64,000 nt of DNA from Blastocladiella emersonii ATCC 22665 (GCA_025594325.1 JANHCV010000011.1:744001-808000); one strand, 5' to 3'. Shown: positions 11,981-20,926, counted from the stretch's first letter. Translations and numbers: made by a program. Notes: generated by a model from the letters alone, not told the origin.

Positions 11981-13051
11981 TGTCGTATCCCTTAAGGGAT
12001 ACGACATGGGCTGACCCACTGCCACTCGGGCTGACCAATTGCTTACCCCGAGCAGTTGGCAGCAGTCACTCGGGGTAACCACGTGAGACCCCGTTGCTTA
12101 CCCCGGGTGGTTAATAATATGTCGGATTCAAATGTCGGATTCCCTTAGGGAACACGACACGCGGGCGGAGGCCGAAGGCCGAAGAAGGGCGGCGGCGGGC
12201 GGGGTCACGTGGGTCACGTGCAGATGAACAGCGCGTGGACACGGCTGCGAGTCGATCTGCGAGTCGATCTGCGAGACAAGTCCGAGAGCAGATCCCTGAG
12301 CCCGTCCCTGACCAACCGCTCGGGCTGACCATTGCTTACCCCGAGCGGTCGGCGGCGGCTGGCGAGCGCAGCGAGACGAAGAGCAGCGCAGCTGCGGCTA
12401 CCCACTGACAGAGTTCCCTGGTCTGGTCCCTGAGCACAGCTGCAAGTCGATCTGTTTGGTCGCGGCAATAGGCCCTTGAAGGCTCTTGGAATAATTCCAC
12501 GAGAGGTCGGCGGTCAGTCCAAGAACGCAAGCAGCGACCCGGGTCGGCGACCACGGAGTCACTCCACGAGCCGGCCCACGACTTGGTCGGCGACTTGGTC
12601 GCGGCAATAGGCCCTTGAAGGCTCTCGGAATAATTCCACGAGAGGTCGGCGGTCAGTCCAAGAACGCAAGCAGCGACCCAGGTTGGCGACCAGCCCCTGA
12701 CGGCTCTCGATGGCCGCCCCGAACTGGACCGGGTTGGAGCTCACTGGACCGGGTTCAAAGACAACCCGGTCCATGAAATTCGCTCGGGGTAAGCCATGGA
12801 CCAGGTTGACCGGGTTGACCGGGTTGTTTTAAAGTAACAGTGTAGTGAAAAGGGGGGAGGGACCGCTCCAGTGCCACTCTTCCCCCCCTTTCAAATCCCT
12901 AAAGGTCAATCGACCCCCTCAACCCGGTCCACCCGGTCCATGGCTTACCCCGAGCGAATTTCAATTGACTTGGTCCATTGAACCCGGTCCATGGCTTACG
13001 GCGAACGATTCAAAGGGCGGGAAACCTGGTCCAGGCTGCCGTGACCCGGTC
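11981..13051 (+). repeat. Left TIR of the PLV (1,071 bp)
   Basis: Reverse complement of 26179-27249. Only three mismatches seen by eye (12966, 13022, 13027). Confidence 0.95.
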
Positions 13052-13190
13052 CATGGCTTACGGCGAGCTGTTCAAAAAGTGGGCAGGGGCCCTGGTCGGG
13101 TCCACGATGCCGTAGTGTGTCCCGTTGCTACGTCATGCCAAGTGCGTTGAATGCGTTTGTCAATTTAAACTTTGTTGGACTACTGTAACT

Positions 13191-13343
13191 ATGCGAGGCT
13201 GTATCAAAGAGATCGCCCCCCTGCCCAAGCCGCCATGCGATCACTATGATGCTCCCAGCTGGGTCCATGACAATGAGCTGCTGTGGGTCCAAGTCGTGTA
13301 CCCGTGCTGCGGGCACAAGTACACATACCGCCGGGTAGTCTGA
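13191..13343 (+). CDS. PLV small Cys/His-containing protein (50 aa), unknown function
   Basis: MRGCIKEIAPLPKPPCDHYD...YPCCGHKY; immediately preceded by TTTGTTG-N8-TAACT. Confidence 0.4.
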   Translation: MRGCIKEIAPLPKPPCDHYDAPSWVHDNELLWVQVVYPCCGHKYTYRRVV

Positions 13344-13603
13344 GAGCGACCAGTAAAGGCTTCAAGGTAGCTAACCAAGTTAACTTGAAGGATCTATTCA
13401 AAGCAGACAGTGTACACAACCTTGGCACCTGGCAGGGCCACGTCGCGGATGGCCGTGTAGTTGGCTGTCGACTGGGGGCCCGGACGGCCAGTCCAAGGGA
13501 TGCTCGTGGAAGGTGCGCGGGGCGTTGATGCAGTAGAGCCAGTATTCATTGTCCTGTGTCTTACTATGCCTTCGCAGAAAGAATTTAAAGCACATGTCGT
13601 TGC

Positions 13604-13705
13604 TTACTCTACGGCGTGGAATACTTTGCTTGTGTACCTGACAATGGCCAGGTTGGCTACAAGGATCAGGGCGTTGGTGGCAACAAGGAGCGTCTCGAGG
13701 ATCAT
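13604..13705 (-). CDS. PLV 33-aa predicted single-pass membrane peptide (absent from the ORF track)
   Basis: Manual translation MILETLLVATNALILVANLAIVRYTSKVFHAVE*; preceded by TTGTTG-N8-TAAAC-ATG. Confidence 0.5.
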   Translation of the reverse strand: MILETLLVATNALILVANLAIVRYTSKVFHAVE

Positions 13706-13736
13706 GTTTACAGTACAACAACAATTAAAGTCAACG

Positions 13737-14480
13737 TCAGATGAACGCGAGCTCGACGTAGAAGGGTTGGCCAAGAAAGTCGACAGAGCGCAGGTTCTCG
13801 TCTACCATGTCAATGTCAATACAGTCAATCTGCTGGGCCTGTCCCTGCGCGTCAAAGCGAAAGTAGTCACCCATGTGTGGTCGATGCTCGAACCAGCTGC
13901 CAAAGGGTTGCGTGACGTGGATGCTACAAAGTACGCCGTTGTCTTGTGGGTACGCGCTGTACATGTTGTCCGCGAGCCGGGTGCCAAGGTTGCGCGAGTA
14001 GACGTGAAGCAGGTTGATGGGCGAGATGTTGACCAGCGCCGACGCGTACTGGACCTTGCTGTAGCCATACGCTCCAACAAAGCCCATGTGGACGTTCAGC
14101 GACGCTGTCCCTGTTCCAATTGTAAAGTCGACCGTGTCGTTGGCCAGGCGCATCTTCTGGGTAGTCGAGTCAACCTGGACGTCCCATGTGCCCTGCCAGA
14201 GGTACGCTGAGGGCGCGTTGTTGAGCAGGCTCTTGAGCGTGGCCGTGAACGTCTCGACCGTGTAGTTGCCATCAGGGACGGTGATGGTGCCCGGGAACGT
14301 CAGCGCGCCACGGCTCTGGGTCAGGTACACTTTGTTGGCCTTGGAGTTGACCGTGTGCCAGCTGTTGCAGAGGTACGCCGAGTTGACCTTGACGCCGCGC
14401 ACGGACAGGGGTCGTGGTAGGTACAGGATGCCGTTCTTGAGGTCGCGGCTGCAGATGGTCAGCGTCTTGTACTCGGACAT
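13737..14480 (-). CDS. PLV minor capsid protein (penton, single jelly-roll)
   Basis: 247 aa with the PLV mCP pattern: N-terminal ICSRD, TITVPDGNYT and C-terminal IDIDMVDENLRSVDFLGQPFYVELAF. Lies in the capsid gene block. Confidence 0.75.
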   Translation of the reverse strand: MSEYKTLTICSRDLKNGILYLPRPLSVRGVKVNSAYLCNSWHTVNSKANKVYLTQSRGALTFPGTITVPDGNYTVETFTATLKSLLNNAPSAYLWQGTWDVQVDSTTQKMRLANDTVDFTIGTGTASLNVHMGFVGAYGYSKVQYASALVNISPINLLHVYSRNLGTRLADNMYSAYPQDNGVLCSIHVTQPFGSWFEHRPHMGDYFRFDAQGQAQQIDCIDIDMVDENLRSVDFLGQPFYVELAFI

Positions 14481-14498
14481 TTAAACAAAGACAACAAT

Positions 14499-14765
14499 TT
14501 ATTGTACAGCTGTCCCCGTGTCGTCAGCGTCTGCCTCAAAGATCTCGCTCGTTGGTCGGTTGTACCAGGTGTGAATGTCTTGGGCAAGGTCGGCGCCCTT
14601 GGTCACCATCTGCGCAATGGAGCTCACAGCGGGGTTGTGCGACCGCTCAAAGAACTTGGACACAGCCTTGACGCCTTTGAGGACGGTCGGCATGTGTTTG
14701 TTGACAAAGGACCCGACCTGGCCGAGCACATTGCTAAAGTTGGTCCAGAGGTTACGGAAGATCAT
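14499..14765 (-). CDS. PLV 88-aa protein with N-terminal amphipathic helix (candidate membrane-penetration protein)
   Basis: MIFRNLWTNFSNVLGQVGSFVNKHMPTVLKGVKAVSKFF. Sits between MCP and penton and has its own TTCTTG-N8-TAAAC motif. Confidence 0.55.
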   Translation of the reverse strand: MIFRNLWTNFSNVLGQVGSFVNKHMPTVLKGVKAVSKFFERSHNPAVSSIAQMVTKGADLAQDIHTWYNRPTSEIFEADADDTGTAVQ

Positions 14766-14806
14766 GGCGGGTTTAACTCTATGCAAGAAAAGAAAGGACA
14801 GGGCCG

Positions 14807-16027
14807 TTACTTGTAGATGTTGATCTCGCCGGTTGGCAGGAACTCGTAGACCACGTCGATGCCAATGAAGGCGTCCACGCGCTGGTTTGGGGCCACGCTT
14901 GAAGTCAGGATCACCTGCATGTCCACGGCCTGGCTCTTGCAAGACTTGTCACCGCTGACCACGGTGCGACTCGACTCGAGGTCACGGCCGACAACAAAGG
15001 TACCCTCGGCCAGCGCGTTGAACTTGTCGACTGTGAGGCCAGCGCCAATGACGTGGCCATGGAAGGCATTGGTCAGCTCAACGAACGCCTCGGACGCGTA
15101 GTCGTCACAGCGGATGGGTCGCTGAGGGAAGAGTCGGCCGGCCACGCTGAACTGGTACGATGTAATGGTCTTGGCACGAAGGAACGAGTCCTTGGCATTG
15201 TCGTTGAGCACGGCATTGTCGCGGAACGACAGCAGGATGTCTTTCTGTGAGGCCAAGCGGTCCGAGATGTTGAGCGTCGAGTTGGGCACCGAGTAGTTCA
15301 GGAAGTGGTGGTTGTAGGTCGTGCCAAAGAGCTTGAGGCCCTGCTTCTTGAAGGCCGCGTCCATGACCGCGATCTGCTGGTCGTTGAGCTTGATCAGGTC
15401 CGAGACAATGCAGACGTCCTTGACTGTGTAGCCCGGGATTGCATTGTTCTTGACCACGCAGGCGTCGCTGCCAGGTGCAAGGGTGAACTCGACGCGGATG
15501 CCGCCCGTGTACTTCATTGGGAGGTGCTTCTGGTTTGCCAGCAGGGCGGATTTGATGGGCAGCATGTACCGGTGCAGCCCGGACGAGACGGCGAACTTGT
15601 CAGCGCCGGACGCAAAGTAGCCCTGTGCCACACCAAGACACGAGTCCTTGAGGTACTGGGGGACCGTCACGTCGGCCTCGATGCGCTGACGCAGGTTGTA
15701 GTACGGGAGCTCTTCGAGTAGGGCACCGGACGCGCTGTAGATGCGGACACGGTCAATGACGCTGAAGATACCATCGCAGAAAGCAACGTTGGCGTCCGTG
15801 GTCTTGGCCGAGAACTGCAGGAAAGTACAGTGCGTGTCCATCATGTCGTCGCGCGGCGGGAGCAGGACGCTGATGCTGTTGCCAGGAGCAAACTCGGGGC
15901 CGCCCTGAGCCGTGAACTGGACGGTCTGGCGCTTGGCATAGACGGACTCCTTGGGCAGGTTGAACGACATCTCGGGAGGGAGAGTCTTGGACAGGACCTG
16001 CAAGAACTGGGCGTTGGTACTGGACAT
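14807..16027 (-). CDS. PLV major capsid protein (double jelly-roll)
   Basis: 406 aa, beta-rich, with PLV MCP-type motifs HLPMKYTGGIRVEFTLA, SYQFSVAGRLFPQRPI and TFVVGRDLE. Adjacent to the packaging ATPase. Confidence 0.85.
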   Translation of the reverse strand: MSSTNAQFLQVLSKTLPPEMSFNLPKESVYAKRQTVQFTAQGGPEFAPGNSISVLLPPRDDMMDTHCTFLQFSAKTTDANVAFCDGIFSVIDRVRIYSASGALLEELPYYNLRQRIEADVTVPQYLKDSCLGVAQGYFASGADKFAVSSGLHRYMLPIKSALLANQKHLPMKYTGGIRVEFTLAPGSDACVVKNNAIPGYTVKDVCIVSDLIKLNDQQIAVMDAAFKKQGLKLFGTTYNHHFLNYSVPNSTLNISDRLASQKDILLSFRDNAVLNDNAKDSFLRAKTITSYQFSVAGRLFPQRPIRCDDYASEAFVELTNAFHGHVIGAGLTVDKFNALAEGTFVVGRDLESSRTVVSGDKSCKSQAVDMQVILTSSVAPNQRVDAFIGIDVVYEFLPTGEINIYK

Positions 16028-16067
16028 GGTTTAGTTTAGGACTCGGCAACAAAAAAAAGTCAAGAGT

Positions 16068-16865
16068 CTACTGCTTCACGATCCACTCGCTGAAGCTGTC
16101 TACGAGCCGGTACTTGGGCGGGTTCTGGTTGTTGACGCCCAGGAAGCGTCGCTTCGTGTTGCCAGTACGCGTGTCAAAGAGCTGTTCAATGATGGCCTCA
16201 AACTCCTTGAGGTCGAACTGCGACCCAATCTCCTTGTGCAGCGTCTGGACCTCGGTCTTGTCATAGATTGGGTAGACCACGCTGTAGCTGCAGTTGATAC
16301 GCAGGGTCTTGGGCAGGGCACACCACCGCTGGACGCCAATGATGCAGCTGATCTTCAAGTGCTGCGAGTTGCACAGAAAGTTGGTCAGCGTTTGGTGGCT
16401 CAGCAGCTTGAGCCCAAGCACGTCGTCGATGATCAGCAGCTGGTCCTGGAGCGCCTTCTTGCCAGACTCTTCGAATGTCTTGGTCAGGTCCTGGCGCATC
16501 TTGAGCAGGGTCGGGATGAACTGCTCGGGGTCCGTGACGATGCAGCTTGGCTTGATCTTGAGCCAGTCCGGGTCGCGCTCCTGGGGGTCCAGCACGTTGC
16601 GCTCCTTCTTGGGCGGTCGCAGGATCGGTTGACTGGCAATGTACTTGTACTTGTCGTCGGCGTGGAACGTCGGGTTAAAGACCCAGATGTTGTCGAACTG
16701 GCCCTTGTAAAAGTGCGGGAAGCAGACCATGTTTGCGATCAGCGTCGACTTGCCCTGACCCTTGGCGCCAATGACGTTCATGGTGAACGGGTGCTTGGGG
16801 ATCGGCAGCGGCTCGCCGTCGTCGTTGCGCGTAAAGCCGTTGTCAATGGCAACAATGTCGTACAT
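16068..16865 (-). CDS. A32-like (FtsK/HerA) genome-packaging ATPase
   Basis: Walker A GAKGQGKST, Walker B LLIIDD, SQHLKISCIIGVQ sensor strand and LPKTLRIN. Confidence 0.9.
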   Translation of the reverse strand: MYDIVAIDNGFTRNDDGEPLPIPKHPFTMNVIGAKGQGKSTLIANMVCFPHFYKGQFDNIWVFNPTFHADDKYKYIASQPILRPPKKERNVLDPQERDPDWLKIKPSCIVTDPEQFIPTLLKMRQDLTKTFEESGKKALQDQLLIIDDVLGLKLLSHQTLTNFLCNSQHLKISCIIGVQRWCALPKTLRINCSYSVVYPIYDKTEVQTLHKEIGSQFDLKEFEAIIEQLFDTRTGNTKRRFLGVNNQNPPKYRLVDSFSEWIVKQ

Positions 16866-16891
16866 TTAAAGACTGCCAACAAAAAAGGGCG

Positions 16892-18607
16892 TCAGTCCCA
16901 GCCGAGGTCAAGCACAATGCCGCTGCGCCTTGGGGTCTCACGGACCTGCTTGACGGGCCGCTCAGGGATCTTCTGGTGACGCTGGATCTTGGGCGCTGTC
17001 AGCCCGCTACCCGCTGCCCGCTTGTCTGTGAACAGCTTCGCGTCGGTCGGCTTCTTGTAGCCCAGTTGCTTGAGGATCTGTTCGAGGAGCATGTCGGTCT
17101 TCTTAGAACTACTGCCAGAATTGTTTTGCGCGGCCAGCTCCCTGATCATGGCCTCAAGGCCGCTTGTGTCGGCAGGCTGGACAATGACTTGGGGTGCAGG
17201 GATCGTGTCCAGCTTGGACCCAAGGTCTTGGAGCGTCTTGGTCATGGCCTCGTTGCTCTGGGTCTGCCCTTGGATCGCGCCCTGGACGCCGCTTGCGAGC
17301 TGGTTCATGAGCACCTGCTGGTTGCTGAGCGCAGAGGACATGCCCGTGGCAATCTCAGACACAAGCGCGCGGTTGCCAGCGTCAATCTGGCGGACAAAGT
17401 CGTTGCGTTCGGCTCGGAGCGTGTCCACGATCCCAGACGCGAGGTTGGCAAATGCGTCCATGGCCAGTCCCTGAGCGGCCGCCGACTGCTCGATGAGCGC
17501 CTGGTACGCCTGGTACTGCATGACCTGGGACCCGGCAAACTGCGAGGCAATGAGCTCGAGCGCGGCCATGACGTTCGGGTCATTGTTGTACTGGACCAGG
17601 ATCTGCTGCCGCATGTCCACGTTCTGCTCGTAGTAGTTGTTCTCGTACTGGGTGATGAACTGCCGCATGTCGACGTTCTGCGTGTTCTGCTGCGTGTAGC
17701 TGTTGTACACGAACTGGTTAAACTGTTGAAAGTTCTGGACAACGTCGACCTCCATGTCGTCTGTGGTTGTCAGCGCCTGCTCGGGGTTGTAGACCTGCAA
17801 GTCCTTGGAGCCCTCGATCATGCGTGCCTCGTCCATGGCCGGGTGGACGTGACCCTCGTTGTACACGCCTTGCCGCTGTGCCACGTCCGGGCCGTAGCTT
17901 GGTGGCATGACCACGAGGTCGCGGGTGCCGTCGTCAAGCCTTGGGGGCGGGTCGTTGCCGCCGTCATTGTCATTCTGGATCAGGTACTGGCCGGGGATCA
18001 TGGCGCCGTACTTGTCAATGTCTTGACCAACATAGTCGCCGGCCTTGACCGGGTACTGCTCGGGCATGACTGGCCGGACGGGCACGGGGAGCAAGTGGTC
18101 CGGTACAGCGTCCTCGTCAATGACGTCCAGGGCTCGCGAGATCTCTTCTGCCAGCTCGTCGCGCTCCTCTTCGCTGCTGCCCCTGTTGCTGTCCGTGGCC
18201 AACTCGGGGGCCTCTGGTCTGGGGCTTGCCGCTGGTGGAGCAACTGGGACTCGAGTGACCTTGCCCGTTGCCTGGTGCTCTTCCCACGCTTTAAGCGTGT
18301 CTTGGACGTGCTCCTGGAGGTCCTTGACCTCGTACCCAGTGACGCCGTCCTGGTGCTTGAGGTAGAACAGCGAGTCGCCTCGTTTGCGGCCAAAGTCGTT
18401 GGCATAGCTCTCGGGCGTCACCTTGTAGTCAAAGGCAAGGATGTAAGGCACCCAGACGTCGAGGAGCTCTTTGGCATTGGGGAACGTGTACTCGCGGCCA
18501 TCAATGGTCGCCTTGATCTTCTGCCCTGCAAGGCGCTCAGCCGTGATGCGGCCGTTGGTTGCCTTGGTCACTCTTGCAAGTAGTTCTGGTACTGTTCTTC
18601 GGCCCAT
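16892..18607 (-). CDS. PLV 571-aa protein of unknown function with a Q/N-rich segment and helical C-terminal half
   Basis: Long open frame with codon bias like its neighbours; internal repeat QNVDMRQ x2; basic C-terminus. Confidence 0.7.
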   Translation of the reverse strand: MGRRTVPELLARVTKATNGRITAERLAGQKIKATIDGREYTFPNAKELLDVWVPYILAFDYKVTPESYANDFGRKRGDSLFYLKHQDGVTGYEVKDLQEHVQDTLKAWEEHQATGKVTRVPVAPPAASPRPEAPELATDSNRGSSEEERDELAEEISRALDVIDEDAVPDHLLPVPVRPVMPEQYPVKAGDYVGQDIDKYGAMIPGQYLIQNDNDGGNDPPPRLDDGTRDLVVMPPSYGPDVAQRQGVYNEGHVHPAMDEARMIEGSKDLQVYNPEQALTTTDDMEVDVVQNFQQFNQFVYNSYTQQNTQNVDMRQFITQYENNYYEQNVDMRQQILVQYNNDPNVMAALELIASQFAGSQVMQYQAYQALIEQSAAAQGLAMDAFANLASGIVDTLRAERNDFVRQIDAGNRALVSEIATGMSSALSNQQVLMNQLASGVQGAIQGQTQSNEAMTKTLQDLGSKLDTIPAPQVIVQPADTSGLEAMIRELAAQNNSGSSSKKTDMLLEQILKQLGYKKPTDAKLFTDKRAAGSGLTAPKIQRHQKIPERPVKQVRETPRRSGIVLDLGWD

Positions 18608-18684
18608 GATGGTTACTGTATGGACCGAAAATAAAACGTCCCCCTGTCGGTACCTTTTTCCCCGTGGCAGGTGCCTTTTGTCCC

Positions 18685-18936
18685 TCAGACGGTGCTATTT
18701 GCCCCCTGGTCCTGGCGCTTGGCGTTGAGTGCCTTGTAGATCCGGATCTTGACCCGCTCTGCCCGCGCTGCCTCGTCGTCAACGTGCGTGTACCGGTTGG
18801 CCTTGCAGTCGCGCTTCCGTAGCCACTTGGCCTTGTCCTTGTCGCTCTTGCTGTACCAGCTGCTTGGCACGGGCATGGTCCCGGCGAGGTGCTCCCGCCA
18901 CTCGTCCAGGCTCAGGTCATGGTCGCTGGAAATCAT
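18685..18936 (-). CDS. PLV small basic protein (83 aa)
   Basis: K/R-rich ORF with TTCTTG-N8-TAACC upstream, divergent from the fibre gene. Confidence 0.5.
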   Translation of the reverse strand: MISSDHDLSLDEWREHLAGTMPVPSSWYSKSDKDKAKWLRKRDCKANRYTHVDDEAARAERVKIRIYKALNAKRQDQGANSTV

Positions 18937-18956
18937 TCTGTTGCTTAAGGTTAAAC

Positions 18957-20900
18957 ATGGTCAAGAATATCTTTAACGTCTCAAGTACTGCGTCTCCGAC
19001 CGTGTCTACCACAGGGGTCCCGGACGTGTCCAAGGCCTACGTTGATGCGGCCATCAGTGCCGTGTACGCCACGGTCGGCGCACCTGTTGCTGGCCCTGGC
19101 GTGGCAGTCTCAGGGACCACTGTCTCGGCCAAGGTTGACGACCAGACCCTTGGCGTGGGCGCAGCAGGGCTCTATGTCAAGTCAGTCGGCACAGCACAGC
19201 TGCTCCCGGCCAGCGTCACAGCCGACAAGGTCGCCACGATTACAGCAGGGCAGGTCACAGGCAAGCTCGTTGATGCTCAGCTGGACACTGTGTCTGCGTC
19301 CAAGGTTGTGGGCGTACTCAGTGCGTCCAACCTCCCAGCCGTTGGGACCTCGGTTCTGGCAGATGGCTCAGTGACTGATGCCAAGGTCGCGTCCGTGTCC
19401 GGGTCCAAGCTCGTGGCAGGCACAGTTGGGACCTCGGTCCTGGCAGACGGCTCAGTGACTGATGCCAAGGTCGCGTCCGTGTCTGGGTCCAAGCTCGTGG
19501 CAGGCACAGTTGGCACGGCGGCTCTCATCGACCTGGCAGTCACAGATGCCAAGGTCGCGTCCGTGTCTGGGTCCAAGCTCGTTGCAGGGACTATTGGGAC
19601 GGGAGCCCTGGCAGACGGTGCCGTATCCAACGCCAAGGTGGCAGCTGGCATCGACGGGTCCAAGCTGGCAGCGGGCACAGTCGGCTCCCTGGTCCTGGCA
19701 GACGCGGCCGTGACCAACGCCAAGCTGGCAACTGGCATTGATGGGGCCAAGCTCAACGTTGGGTCCATTGGAACAGCCCACCTGGCAACAGGCGCGGTCA
19801 CAGACGCCAAGGTTGCGGACGTGTCAGCGGTCAAGCTCACTGGGATCCTTGACCCTGCCCGCATCGCCGACGGGACCCTGACCAACGCCAAGCTGGCATC
19901 TGGCATTGACTCGGCCAAGCTTGCAGGGACCATTGACCTGGCACGACTCCCCGACGTCTCGGCCAAGGTCACGGCCGTGAGCGCAGCCTCGGTCATTGGC
20001 ACGCTCCCCCAGTCCACCCTTGGACTTGGCGCTGCCTTTGCCTTTGCAAATACGACGGACAGTTTGACATCAAGCACTGGAGCAGTCACCATTGCTGGTG
20101 GTCTTGGAGTTGGCAAGCAACTGACTGTGCCCAATGTCCTGGTCCGGAATGCCACAAGCGCGAACCTTGTCTTTGACTCGGCTGCCAATACATTGACGTA
20201 CGTCGACTTTAAGCAGGCAGGCGTACTGCGAAGCAACCTGGCATGCACAGCGGCGGGTAACATTGAGATTGCGTCTGCGACCACGGGCAGGGTCTCCCTT
20301 GTGGCAGGTGGCGGCAATGTGGTTGTGGGCTCGGCGACGCTTGGCACAGAAAGGTTCCGCGTCAATGGCACTGGTCGCTTCACAGGGCAGCTCACCCTTG
20401 ACCTCGCTCCAGTGGCAGGCACTGATGCGGCAAACAAGGCGTACGTTGACTCGTGGTCTGGCACAACCCGGTACGTCACTCAGGCCAAGCACCGCTCTAC
20501 AAACGGAGTGACCACGGGTGGCAAGATCATTGGCGGCACAGCATCGACGGGCCTGGCCACCTTTGCGTTCCAGTCCACGGCGGGCGCGTTCACGTCTGTG
20601 ATCAATGGATGCGTCAAACCCCCTGTCAGTGGCTACTACCTCGTCCATGCAAAGGGCTACTACGCAAACGGCGCGCTCCCTGGAGCCCACACTGTGAACT
20701 TTGCGCTGTACAATATGACGGACATGATTGCAGTGTTGCTTGTCACCGGGTGCCGCGCTGAAGGCAATGTCCAGTTCCTTCAGTTCTCGAGCATTGAGTA
20801 CCTTGACGCGGCCAAGAGCTACTCTTTCATCTGGATCCCGTTGGTCGCAGTTGCCAACGACTGCCAGGTCATCATTCAAAGCCACTGGACCCTGCTCTAA
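18957..20900 (+). CDS. PLV fibre/spike-like protein with repeat shaft and a probable C1q/TNF-like head
   Basis: Start MVKNIF (ATG 18957). About 28-aa repeats GTSVLADGSVTDAKVASVSGSKLVAGTV, then STGAVTIAGGLGVGK, DAANKAYVD and C-terminal KPPVSGYYLVHAKG. Confidence 0.7.
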   Translation: MVKNIFNVSSTASPTVSTTGVPDVSKAYVDAAISAVYATVGAPVAGPGVAVSGTTVSAKVDDQTLGVGAAGLYVKSVGTAQLLPASVTADKVATITAGQVTGKLVDAQLDTVSASKVVGVLSASNLPAVGTSVLADGSVTDAKVASVSGSKLVAGTVGTSVLADGSVTDAKVASVSGSKLVAGTVGTAALIDLAVTDAKVASVSGSKLVAGTIGTGALADGAVSNAKVAAGIDGSKLAAGTVGSLVLADAAVTNAKLATGIDGAKLNVGSIGTAHLATGAVTDAKVADVSAVKLTGILDPARIADGTLTNAKLASGIDSAKLAGTIDLARLPDVSAKVTAVSAASVIGTLPQSTLGLGAAFAFANTTDSLTSSTGAVTIAGGLGVGKQLTVPNVLVRNATSANLVFDSAANTLTYVDFKQAGVLRSNLACTAAGNIEIASATTGRVSLVAGGGNVVVGSATLGTERFRVNGTGRFTGQLTLDLAPVAGTDAANKAYVDSWSGTTRYVTQAKHRSTNGVTTGGKIIGGTASTGLATFAFQSTAGAFTSVINGCVKPPVSGYYLVHAKGYYANGALPGAHTVNFALYNMTDMIAVLLVTGCRAEGNVQFLQFSSIEYLDAAKSYSFIWIPLVAVANDCQVIIQSHWTLL

Positions 20901-20926
20901 AGCCCGCGGTCCCACTTTTCTTGGAC

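Noticed and set aside
12111-13150. Short ORFs inside both TIRs
   Set aside because: They mirror the repeat, mostly use non-ATG starts and lack protein-like features.
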